Part shown: positions 27,777-36,199 of the stretch, piece by piece
Layout: each line of letters begins with the position of its first letter
Numbering within the stretch: position 1 is the stretch's first letter
Source: Dehalococcoidales bacterium
Lineage (GTDB): Bacteria; Chloroflexota; Dehalococcoidia; Dehalococcoidales; RBG-16-60-22
Assembly (NCBI GenBank): GCA_028706655.1
Contig: JAQTVW010000002.1
Span: 1 to 43,576, forward strand
Direction of reading: 5' to 3'
Length of the DNA stretch: 43,576 bases
Made by a program: the position numbers and the translations under genes
Notes under the pieces: model-generated
What the model was told of the DNA's origin: nothing
Database searches by the model: none
The model's input: the letters and a program-made list of their open reading frames with translations, nothing else

Positions 27777-27893
27777 TTACTTCTTGTTTTTCTTATTCCT
27801 CTTACGCTCTTTGATGGATTCGTCTATATAAGCAAAGACAAAACAGACCACCACCACACAGAGGAATAGACAGATAATCTCCCCAATAGCCAT
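27777..27893 (-). CDS. 38-aa hydrophobic peptide with a polybasic tail (MAIGEIICLFLCVVVVCFVFAYIDESIKERKRNKKNKK)
   Basis: Hand-translated and below the track cutoff. One predicted TM helix plus a Lys-rich C-terminus; weak SD (GGCAGG). Confidence 0.3.
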   Translation of the reverse strand: MAIGEIICLFLCVVVVCFVFAYIDESIKERKRNKKNKK

Positions 27894-28056
27894 AGCCTGC
27901 CAAGCCTATAGCAGTGCCATTGGGAATACAAGCCGACTTTAGTAATACGCCAAGGGAAAAATTGACTTGACTAATGCTTCATTCAAGTAGAAACTAGCTC
28001 TTTGGTTACCCAAACATAAGCACCGAGTTTGCTCTTGACTTTCAACAACCCTACGC

Positions 28057-29142
28057 TCAATTCCAATTTTGTAATTGCATTCTGCACGGACAGGGGTTCA
28101 TTGCGCCGACGAGCATGAAGCTGGCGGGGAAGGTGACTCTCCCCTGGGCGCGACTGATGGTTACGGTTTTATCTTCCAGCGGCTGGCGCAGCAGTTCCAG
28201 CAGGGCGTTGCCGAATTCAGGCAGCTCATCGAGGAACAGGACGCCGCGGTGGCTGAGGCTGATTTCCCCCGGCTTAGGCCAGTGCCCGCCGCCGACCAGC
28301 CCGGCGCTGGAAATGGTGTAATGCGGGGCGCGGAAAGGGCGTTGCTGGACGAGCGGAGTATCCGCCGGCAGCAGCCCGCTGACGCTGTAAATCTTGGTCA
28401 CTTCGAGGGCTTCATCATTCGTCGGCGGGGGCAGTATCGAGGGCAGCGCCCGCGCCAGCAGGGTTTTGCCGCTGCCGGGCGGTCCGCTCATGATAAGGTT
28501 GTGCCCGCCTGCCGCCGCTACTTCCAGGGCGCGTTTGACGTGCTCCTGCCCCTTGATTTCAGCAAGGTCGGTGACCGGTGTTAATAAAGCGGCGGTATGG
28601 TGAGTGCCGTCTGACTTGTAGGCAGAGATGGTTTCCTCACCGCGGAAATGGCTGATAAGGCGGGTCAGCGAAGCGGCCGGGATGATGCGGGCGCCATCCA
28701 CCAGCGATGCCTCGCGGGCGTCTGCCTCCGGGACGATAACTTCCGGGATGCCCTGCTGGTAAGCGAGCCCCACCATCGGCAGGATGCCCGTGGTATGGCG
28801 CAGGTTGCCGTCCAGCGAAAGCTCGCCGAGGAACACGGTCCGGGAAACATCAGCGGTCAACTGTCCTGAGCTGAGCAGGATGCCCATGGCAATCGGCAAG
28901 TCATAAGCCGGGCCGGCTTTCTTGAGGTCGGCGGGTGCCAGGTTGACCACGATGCGTTTCATGGGAAAGGTGCCGCCGGAGTTGCGGATGGCGGCGCGGA
29001 CGCGCTCTTTGGCTTCCTGTACTGCGGTATCCGGCAGACCGACGATGGTAAACGAGGGCAGCCCGCTGGAAATATCCACTTCCACTTCCACAATCGCTCC
29101 GTCCAACCCGACCACGGCACAACTTCTTACCTTTGCCAGCAT
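28057..29142 (-). pseudogene. comM: 5' fragment of comM/yifB: 353 native codons plus an 8-codon island-encoded tail
   Basis: [23 protein letters not shown].., Walker [15 protein letters not shown], Walker [11 protein letters not shown]. ComM similarity ends at ..VGAMNPCPC, followed by RMQLQNWN-stop. Confidence 0.88.
28084..28092. repeat. right copy of the 9-bp att core GCACGGACA
   Basis: Identical to 20903-20911. It encodes the Cys-Pro-Cys of ...AMNPCPC on the minus strand. Confidence 0.8.
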
Positions 29143-29282
29143 ACGGGCTCATTGTAGCTGATATCATGGCGGACTGGCAAACACCTTCAGCGTCTGTCCC
29201 TATCCTGAAAACTAACCAAATGGAGAAATTCCCGTTTTATATATTAAGACCCCATAACTTGAGGGGAGGATGAGGAGGCACT

Positions 29283-29912
29283 ATGAAACTGGCACGGACT
29301 CTGGTTTTTATCCTGACCGCAATCTTGATTCTGGCCGCCAGCGTTATTCCGGCTTCAGCGGATAACCGCAGCAACGGCAAAACCACCCCGGGTATCACGG
29401 CTCAGCGTGACGATGACAGTCGCTACGAAAGACACAGGTCAGAGAGCGATCGGGATGAAAACGTAAATGAAGAAGACGAAGACGATGACAGGTACGAAGG
29501 CAGGTATGGCAGATACGAAGACGAGGATGACGACCGGCACGAAGATTGGGATGAGAGGGACGAGGAATGGGATGAGGATGGCGAAGACCGCGATGATGAC
29601 GATGACGTTGTAATCCCGTCCACACCCGCTCCTGTACCGGCACCAACACCAACGCCTGCGCCAACGCCTGCGCCTACGCCTACACCCACGCCGACACCTA
29701 TACCAACCCCGACACCCACGCTTACGCCTACGCCGACGCCCATCAGCGGACAACAGGTATTCAGCGCCAACTGCAGCAATTGTCACGGGTCGGGCGCGCC
29801 GTCAACCTCACGGACTCAGGCACAGCTCAACAGCTTTATTTCGACGCACAATACCGGCAGGAATCTTATCGCAGCGCAAATAGCGGCGCTGGCTTCCTGG
29901 TTGAAGCCGTAA
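29283..29912 (+). CDS. secreted monohaem c-type cytochrome with an acidic low-complexity region and a Pro/Thr linker
   Basis: Sec signal MKLARTLVFILTAILILAASVIPASA/D. A D/E/R-rich stretch, then (P-T/A)n, then a single CSNCH (CXXCH) at 29772-29786. GAGGAGG lies upstream. Confidence 0.75.
   Translation: MKLARTLVFILTAILILAASVIPASADNRSNGKTTPGITAQRDDDSRYERHRSESDRDENVNEEDEDDDRYEGRYGRYEDEDDDRHEDWDERDEEWDEDGEDRDDDDDVVIPSTPAPVPAPTPTPAPTPAPTPTPTPTPIPTPTPTLTPTPTPISGQQVFSANCSNCHGSGAPSTSRTQAQLNSFISTHNTGRNLIAAQIAALASWLKP
29616..29741 (+). repeat. imperfect hexanucleotide tandem repeat encoding the PT/PA linker
   Basis: Reiterated ACN-CCN/GCN-CCN units (PSTPAPVPAPTPTPAPTPAPTPTPTPTPIPTPTPTLTPTPTP). Confidence 0.8.
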
Positions 29913-29936
29913 CTAAATCGGGAATAAGAACCTGGT

Positions 29937-29969
29937 GGCGGGGGCTTGGAAAAAGCCCCCGCCTTTTTA
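29937..29969 (+). terminator. Rho-independent terminator after the cytochrome gene
   Basis: GGCGGGGGCTT (29937-29947) / AAGCCCCCGCC (29953-29963), 5-nt loop, then TTTTTA. Confidence 0.7.
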
Positions 29970-29974
29970 TGTAA

Positions 29975-31054
29975 CTATGCTTTTGCTAGGATGGCTGCCT
30001 TGCCGCTAAGCTTGGCGACTTCCTCGCGGTCGTTGCAGAAGGAGAGCATATTCTCCTCGTTGATTTCGCCGTTGCGGTAGAGGTTGACCAGCGCCTGGTC
30101 GAGGAGCTGCATGCCCTGGTGGGTATGCATGCGGATAGTGTTGGGCAGCTGGTAGACCTTGCCTTCCCGGATGAGGTTGCGCACGGCGCCGTTCGCCAGC
30201 ATGATTTCGATTGCCGCCGTTCGCCCTGTCCCGTCCAATCGGGGCACCAGCGCCTGGCAGAGGATGCCGATGAGCAAAGATGCCAGCTGGGACTGAGCGA
30301 GAGGGCGTTCGTGGGGCGGGAACATATCCACGATACGTTCGATAGCCTGGGAAGCGCTGGGGGCATGACCGGTGGTCAACACCAGGTGACCGGTCTCAGC
30401 GACGGTGAGCGCGGCGGCGGCGGTCTCCAGATCGCGCATTTCGCCCACCAGGATCACGTCCGGATTTTGCCGGAGGACGTGTTTCAGAGCCGCGGCGAAG
30501 GACCTGGTATCGGTGCCAAGTTCACGCTGGGTGACGGTGCATTTTTGATTGGTGTGAATATACTCGATGGGGTCTTCAATGGTAATCAGGCGGCGTTTTG
30601 CCGTGTGATTGAGGTAGTTAATCATCGCTGCCAGAGTCGTGGACTTACCGCTGCCGGTTGGTCCGCTGACGACCACCAGTCCGCGCCGTTTCATAATAAG
30701 CTCGCGGCAGACTTCGGGCAGCGCCAGTTCTTCAATCGTGGGGATGGTCATCGGCAGTAGACGGATAACCAGGCTGATTGTGCCGCGCTGGCGGGCGGCG
30801 TTGCAGCGGATTCTTCCGACGTTGGGGATGGTATTGCCGAAGTCCAGTTCCAGCTGGTTCTTGAAGGTGTCGCGCTGCTCTTGCGTGGTAAGCTGGGCAA
30901 AAGCATGCTCCATGTCCGTCGCGGTCAATGCCGGTATCGTATTCGCCGGTTCCAGGTTGCCGTGGATACGCATCATCGGCGGAACGGAGACGACCAGGTG
31001 CAGGTCGGACGCTTTCATTTCTTTGGCGAGTACCAGACACTGAAAAATATCCAT
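29975..31054 (-). CDS. pilT: type IV pilus retraction ATPase PilT
   Basis: MDIFQ..ASDLHLVVSVPPMMRIHG, Walker A GPTGSGKSTT, Asp/His box region; 359 aa. Confidence 0.9.
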   Translation of the reverse strand: MDIFQCLVLAKEMKASDLHLVVSVPPMMRIHGNLEPANTIPALTATDMEHAFAQLTTQEQRDTFKNQLELDFGNTIPNVGRIRCNAARQRGTISLVIRLLPMTIPTIEELALPEVCRELIMKRRGLVVVSGPTGSGKSTTLAAMINYLNHTAKRRLITIEDPIEYIHTNQKCTVTQRELGTDTRSFAAALKHVLRQNPDVILVGEMRDLETAAAALTVAETGHLVLTTGHAPSASQAIERIVDMFPPHERPLAQSQLASLLIGILCQALVPRLDGTGRTAAIEIMLANGAVRNLIREGKVYQLPNTIRMHTHQGMQLLDQALVNLYRNGEINEENMLSFCNDREEVAKLSGKAAILAKA

Positions 31055-31066
31055 ACAAATCCTTAA

Positions 31067-32653
31067 TTACTTATCGGTTTTCTTGAGCGTTAGGATAAAC
31101 TCCATGTACTCGAGAGCCGCCTCCGCAGGCTGAAGCTCCGTAGTATTATCTCCGGTCGTTTCAAGCGCGCCGCCGGACAGGTATGGGCTTTCGCCGGCAG
31201 TCAGGTTGTCAGTGGTGGTATTATCGCTGATGACGTTGCCGAAACCATCTTCAACAACCCGCACCAGCCGGGTAATAATAACCTCCAGGAAACGCTTGCT
31301 CTGCGCCAGATTACGGGCATAGGTAATGACATCGGCTTCGGTATCGGCGGTGCCCTGCAGAGTGACTTTATCGGGGCTGTGGTTAATCCGGCTGAGCGCT
31401 ACGTTGTTTGGTACGTAGCTCACCGTGGACAGGTCGGCGTCTACCGCATCGCCCTGTGTTTGAAGACTATTGAAAGCAGTGACGAATGAATCGCGCACGG
31501 ACTGTGCGGCTTTGATTTTTTTCTCCAGGTCGGCGATGGCGGCGGTCAATTTCGTCTTTTGCGTCTGCTTGTACTGGATGATGTGGTTCGCGTTATCGAG
31601 CTGGCTCTGCACCGATGAAATGTTGGCGGACGCGCCCTGGATGCTCATCACCATCAGCGCCACCAATCCGAGGACTATCGCTGCGCCGGGTATCGCCAGC
31701 AGACGGGACACGGAGATAGGCTTGGGGCGGTAGGGCATCGGCATGGTATTCAGGTTGGTGACCAGCGGACGCGGTTCGTCCAGTTCCTTTAGCGAAAGAC
31801 CCACGTTGACCAGGTACTGCGTAGGCACGGTCTGCCGGGGCGATTTCAGCGGTGAAACCAGCGGCAGCACCGGATGTCCGAGCTCGTTGCCCAGAGCCTG
31901 GCATAACTCCGGTTTGTCCGCGAGGTCTCCCGCGACGAACATCACGACGTTGGCGTCCAGGGGCTTCTCCGGGGAATTGGTGTTGTAGAACTGGATGGTG
32001 CGCTCCAGCTCGTTGCGAACCATCATCAATTTTTCCTGCTCGGTCAGCACTTCGCTGGGGAAAGGCATCGTGCGGACGGGTTGCGGCACGCCATCCATCA
32101 TGACCACCAGGTCGAACTCCGCCGGCTGTACGTCCACGATAATGCAGTTGGGCTCGTTTACGACACGCGCCAGTGCAATGGGTTTGATATCCATCGTCTG
32201 CGGTTTGAGTCCCGCCTGGTGCAGTATCTTCAGGAGATCATCCGCGAGGCGGCACGGAATCGCTACCAGGAATACCCGCGTCTTGTCCTTTTCCGCGCAG
32301 GGGATAGGCTGCCAGGTAACATAAAGCTGCTCCAGCGGGACGGGCAGCAGCCTTTTTGCCTCGCGCATCACTGCTTCTTCGAGCATGGCTTTGGGCAGTT
32401 GGGGCAGCGTCATGGGGCGGGTCAGGCAGTGCAATCCGCTCAGCCCGACGATAACCTTGTTGGTGCGGATTTTTTTCGCCTTGAGCAGTTGCTTCAACTT
32501 GGAAGCAAGCTCTGCCTCTTTGATGGAAGCATTGACCTTGGTCAACCCGAAATCGAGGGGCAGTTCCGCCAGCCGCTTCACCCGCTTGCCTCGTGTTTCC
32601 ATGAGGCGCAGACAGGAATTGTCAATATAGAGTGAGACTATTTTCTTTGCCAT
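31067..32653 (-). CDS. fused PilM-PilN-like pilus assembly protein
   Basis: N-terminal actin-like PilM region (KIVSLYIDNSCLRLME...). A central TM helix LLAIPGAAIVLGLVALMVMSI follows, then a PilN-like coiled coil and periplasmic domain. Confidence 0.8.
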   Translation of the reverse strand: MAKKIVSLYIDNSCLRLMETRGKRVKRLAELPLDFGLTKVNASIKEAELASKLKQLLKAKKIRTNKVIVGLSGLHCLTRPMTLPQLPKAMLEEAVMREAKRLLPVPLEQLYVTWQPIPCAEKDKTRVFLVAIPCRLADDLLKILHQAGLKPQTMDIKPIALARVVNEPNCIIVDVQPAEFDLVVMMDGVPQPVRTMPFPSEVLTEQEKLMMVRNELERTIQFYNTNSPEKPLDANVVMFVAGDLADKPELCQALGNELGHPVLPLVSPLKSPRQTVPTQYLVNVGLSLKELDEPRPLVTNLNTMPMPYRPKPISVSRLLAIPGAAIVLGLVALMVMSIQGASANISSVQSQLDNANHIIQYKQTQKTKLTAAIADLEKKIKAAQSVRDSFVTAFNSLQTQGDAVDADLSTVSYVPNNVALSRINHSPDKVTLQGTADTEADVITYARNLAQSKRFLEVIITRLVRVVEDGFGNVISDNTTTDNLTAGESPYLSGGALETTGDNTTELQPAEAALEYMEFILTLKKTDK

Positions 32654-32654
32654 A

Positions 32655-33212
32655 TTAACCGCCTTGATAGTTGTATACTGATAACGCGATGTGGGCGGCA
32701 GGCACCCCTTCTTCTGATTCTGCCGGTATCACGATATCGGTGGACTCGACCAGACCGGTCGAAAAGTCCGTATTGAGCCTGGCAATAAATTTAATGAGGT
32801 TCGTAACGTCGCCCGTAGCGGTCAGGCTCAGTCCCTGTGTCGAGCATTTAACCTTGGATAAGTCCTCGTCTCTCAGCCCGGAGGAGGTGAGGTCTTCGAT
32901 GGTCACGCTGCATGAACCGGCAAGGTCGAAGATAAAATCCGTCACGTCGATGCTCTCGTTAGCCTGGTGCAGTTTGCCCTGGGCGGCTGCCAGTTCCGCG
33001 TTCATCTTTTCGAGCTTCGCTCTAAGCTCCTCTTGCTGTGTCGTCATCTGCTCCAGCTGGAGCTTGGCGACTCTCTGTTCCGCGACCTCGAGTTCGGTAG
33101 CCAGCTTCTCCTGCTGGCGCATCTGGCGCATCCCCGCGAAGCCCAGGCTTGCGAAAATAATCAGCAATACCCCGCCGATTAACAGTGCCCAGCTCGTTCT
33201 TCCTAGTTTCAT
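32655..33212 (-). CDS. PilO-like pilus assembly protein
   Basis: Start set at the ATG at 33212 (GGAGA 6-7 nt upstream). Signal-anchor TM WALLIGGVLLIIFASLGFAG, a coiled coil, and position between pilC and pilMN. Confidence 0.6.
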   Translation of the reverse strand: MKLGRTSWALLIGGVLLIIFASLGFAGMRQMRQQEKLATELEVAEQRVAKLQLEQMTTQQEELRAKLEKMNAELAAAQGKLHQANESIDVTDFIFDLAGSCSVTIEDLTSSGLRDEDLSKVKCSTQGLSLTATGDVTNLIKFIARLNTDFSTGLVESTDIVIPAESEEGVPAAHIALSVYNYQGG

Positions 33213-33237
33213 AAATTTCTCCGGATACTGTTCCTTT

Positions 33238-34443
33238 TTACATCTGACCGTACATCGAGTACATTGCCGATACCAGCGAAAGCGCAATCACGCCCACCAC
33301 TACCGCGATGGCCAGGGTCATCGCCGGCTGGATGAGCGCAATCAAAGAGCGCGTCCTGTCTTCGGTCTCCGTCTCGTAGGTTTTTGCTACGGCGAGCAGG
33401 GTGGCATCAAGGTTACCGGTCTCTTCCCCCACTTTGACCATCTGTACCATCATAGGCAGGAAAAGCGGGTTTTTGGACATCGGCTGGGACAATCCCTCGC
33501 CCTTGAGCATGTCCTGCTGGACGTCCACGAGGGCTTTCGCCATTGCCTTGTTGTTAGTGCCCTGGATAACCAGCGGCATGATTTCCGTAAGGGGCAAGCC
33601 GGCGGTAAAGAGCAGGGAAATACTGCGGCAGCAGCGCGAAAGCAGATTGAGAAGATTGATATGACCCATCAGCGGCATGGAAAGGATGAACTTGTCCAGG
33701 CGGAATCTGCCGTCTACCGTCCGGGTATAGGCATAAGCAGCCCCCACAACCGCCCCGATGCCTACTATAATGTGGAGTCCGTATTCCCGCAACTTGGCGG
33801 AACCATCCAGGAGAACGCGGGTCAACATCGGCAATTCCGCGCCGAGCGAACCGTACAACCCGGCGAAGGCGGGCAGTACGAAAGTGACCATCACGCCAAT
33901 CACGATTATGGCAACGACCGCAGTAATCGCAGGCAGGGTCAGAGCGCCTTTAATGCTCTTGCTCGCGGCCATCTCTTTTTCCTGGTAGTCTGCCATCTGG
34001 CGCAGCATCGTCTCCAGGTTTCCCGTTTGTTCGCCGATACTGAGCGAACGGCAGGAAATGGGCGGGAATATCGTTGGGTGTTTCGCCATCGCGGCGGACA
34101 ATTGGTGACCGCCGCGGATATCCGCGACAACCTCGCCGAGCACTTTCTTCATCGTGCGGTTGGTAGTCTGCCCGCGCAGCAGTTCCAGCCCGCCGACAAT
34201 GTTAATGCCTGACTCCAGCAGCAAAGCAAGCTGACGGTAAAACAGGATGATTTCCTGGGGCTTCAGCGGGAAGAGTTGCGCCGTCAGCCAGTCCGAGCTG
34301 AGAAACGGCACGAACGGCTTGAGGTTGACCGTCCGGTAGCCGGCATAGCTCAATAGCTCGGCGGCGGCGTCTTCACTGGCGGCGGGCAGCTTGCCCCTGA
34401 CCATTTCTCCTTTAGCGTTGTACGCGATGTACTGATAAACCAT
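33238..34443 (-). CDS. pilC: type IV pilus platform protein PilC (GspF family)
   Basis: Two T2SS-F repeats (LLESGINIVGGLELL...; LFTAGLPLTEIMPLV...). Three TM segments; 401 aa. Confidence 0.9.
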   Translation of the reverse strand: MVYQYIAYNAKGEMVRGKLPAASEDAAAELLSYAGYRTVNLKPFVPFLSSDWLTAQLFPLKPQEIILFYRQLALLLESGINIVGGLELLRGQTTNRTMKKVLGEVVADIRGGHQLSAAMAKHPTIFPPISCRSLSIGEQTGNLETMLRQMADYQEKEMAASKSIKGALTLPAITAVVAIIVIGVMVTFVLPAFAGLYGSLGAELPMLTRVLLDGSAKLREYGLHIIVGIGAVVGAAYAYTRTVDGRFRLDKFILSMPLMGHINLLNLLSRCCRSISLLFTAGLPLTEIMPLVIQGTNNKAMAKALVDVQQDMLKGEGLSQPMSKNPLFLPMMVQMVKVGEETGNLDATLLAVAKTYETETEDRTRSLIALIQPAMTLAIAVVVGVIALSLVSAMYSMYGQM

Positions 34444-34454
34444 AATGCCTCTTG

Positions 34455-35984
34455 CTATTCTACAGAGTACGCATTGCGTAATACTTCAGACGGCGTGGTC
34501 ATATCCGCCTTAACCTTGAGCATGCCGTCTTTCATCAGTGTCGTCATACCCTCTTTGATTGCCTGGGTGCGCAGTTGTGCCGTCGTGGCGCCTTTGGTCA
34601 ACATCGCCCGGATTTCCTCGCTGACATGCAGGAGCTCAAAGATGCCGACACGTCCGCGGTAGCCGGTGCCGGAGCAACTCTTACAGCCGGCGCCATACAT
34701 AAATTTAGTGCGCTCCTCACCCATTTCCTTGCTGTAGGTGATTTGCTCGGTCACCGGGGCGTCTATCATCCGCCCGCAGTTGGTGCATACGCGGCGCGCC
34801 ATGCGTTGAGCGATAACGCCGATGAGCGCCGAGGAAACCAGGAACGGTTCCACGCCCAGGTCGAGTAGCCTCACGACCACGCCGACCGCATCGTTCGCAT
34901 GAATAGAGGACAGCACGAGGTGTCCGGTCAAAGCTGATTGTATCGCGATGCTGGCGGTCTCGGCGTCCCGGATTTCACCGACGAGGATGACGTTGGGGTC
35001 CAGGCGCAGGATAGAACGCAAGCCGCTGGCGAAAGTAATACCCGAGCGGGGGTTGACCTGAATCTGGTTGATGCCCTTAAAACGGTACTCGACCGGGTCT
35101 TCGATGGTGATGATGTTGCGTTTTACCTTGTCCAGGGAGTTGAGCGCGGCATACAGTGATGTCGTTTTACCGGCGCCCGTCGGACCGGAGACCAGGATCA
35201 TCCCATAGGGTACCTTTAACATCTTTTCCAGCTTCTCCAGGCTCGAAGGGAGAAAGCCCAGGTCTGTCATTGAAAGGGTTGCCCGTGATTTGTCCAGAAG
35301 CCGGAGAGTCGCCATTTCGCCGTGCACGTTGGCGATAATCGCCACGCGAATGTCTATCATACGGCCGTTGGTCTTAACGGAGAACTGGCCGTCCTGCGGG
35401 CGGTGGTGGTCGGCGATATTCATGCTGGCAAGGATTTTGATACGGGAAATCAGCGGCACCGCCGTCTTCAGGGGCAGCGAGAACATGTCCTGCAGCGTAC
35501 CATCGATGCGGTAGCGCACGCGCAGCCGGTCTTCTTCCGGCTGGAGATGAATATCTGAAGTCCTTGCCTTGACTGCCTCATCAATTATCAGAGTCAGTGC
35601 CTGCGCCACCGGGGCATCAGTGGCAGTTTCCAGTTTAATTTGCTCTTCCTGCCTCTGCCCGGGCAGGCTAATGTTGGAGACCTGCTTTTCAATCTCGTCG
35701 TAAGCCTTGTAGTTAAAATCGATAGCTTCCAGGACATCTTCGGCGCTTGCCGCCACCGCTTCGATGCGCAGCTGGGTCTTGGAAGCCAGCGCTTCCAGCG
35801 CGAAGATATCTGAGGGATTCGCCATGGCGACGCGCAGCGCATCGTCGTTTACCGCCAGGGGAATGACGGTGTATTTCCGCGCCATCGCCTCGGTGATAAG
35901 CTGCAAGGCTGCCGGTTCAGGAGGAGTATTCCTTAAGTTGATGCGTTTTTCCGCGCCGGGTGATTTTTCTGCCTGTGTAGGCAC
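34455..35984 (-). CDS. pilB: type IV pilus assembly ATPase PilB (GspE family)
   Basis: GspE N-terminal domain (LITEAMARKYTVIPLAV..LRVAMANP), Walker A GPTGAGKTTS, GHLVLSSIHANDA, and tetracysteine CTNCG...CKSCSGTGY. A GTG start at 35984 after GGGAAGGA is preferred over the track ATG at 36092. Confidence 0.9.
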   Translation of the reverse strand: MPTQAEKSPGAEKRINLRNTPPEPAALQLITEAMARKYTVIPLAVNDDALRVAMANPSDIFALEALASKTQLRIEAVAASAEDVLEAIDFNYKAYDEIEKQVSNISLPGQRQEEQIKLETATDAPVAQALTLIIDEAVKARTSDIHLQPEEDRLRVRYRIDGTLQDMFSLPLKTAVPLISRIKILASMNIADHHRPQDGQFSVKTNGRMIDIRVAIIANVHGEMATLRLLDKSRATLSMTDLGFLPSSLEKLEKMLKVPYGMILVSGPTGAGKTTSLYAALNSLDKVKRNIITIEDPVEYRFKGINQIQVNPRSGITFASGLRSILRLDPNVILVGEIRDAETASIAIQSALTGHLVLSSIHANDAVGVVVRLLDLGVEPFLVSSALIGVIAQRMARRVCTNCGRMIDAPVTEQITYSKEMGEERTKFMYGAGCKSCSGTGYRGRVGIFELLHVSEEIRAMLTKGATTAQLRTQAIKEGMTTLMKDGMLKVKADMTTPSEVLRNAYSVE

Positions 35985-36199
35985 GTTTTCCTTCCCTAAA
36001 ATGAGCGTAGTAATACAGATGTATCTTAGGCAGACTTTAGGTTGAGCTACAATAGTCCTTTGGTAATGGGAGAAATGGGTGCCAGCCCCCAATACTGGTT
36101 CAACCGTGAGAAAACAGGCACGATTTCACCGGCGGGGGAGCACGGGAAGGCGCATTACCCGGTACTTTCAGACAGGTACTTTTTACCCGGTTGCGGGGC

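Larger units (their letters stand above)
20903..28092. mobile_element. serine-recombinase integrative island, 7,181 bp (20912-28092, or equivalently 20903-28083), inserted in comM
   Basis: Abrupt GC-rich to AT-rich switch at both ends, split comM, 9-bp shared core, a terminal large serine recombinase, all cargo on the minus strand, and no phage structural genes. Confidence 0.85.

Noticed and set aside
27601-27831. 76-aa plus-strand ORF upstream of the RM gene
   Set aside because: It overlaps the RM start and the 38-aa minus-strand ORF, has no RBS, and translates to an implausible low-complexity AT-rich sequence.
20903-28092. Island as a prophage or an ICE
   Set aside because: No capsid, tail, terminase, lysis, relaxase or type IV secretion genes are present in 7.2 kb. 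Only a recombinase, an RM enzyme and small unknowns are present, so it is better described as a minimal integrative island.
29616-29741. Short tandem DNA repeats as a possible CRISPR or VNTR locus
   Set aside because: The units are 6 nt with no spacers and lie in-frame within a CDS, encoding a Pro/Thr linker. This is not a CRISPR array.
32671-34212. 513-aa plus-strand ORF
   Set aside because: It is antisense to pilC and the pilO-like gene, has no motifs, and shows high-GC shadow-frame composition.
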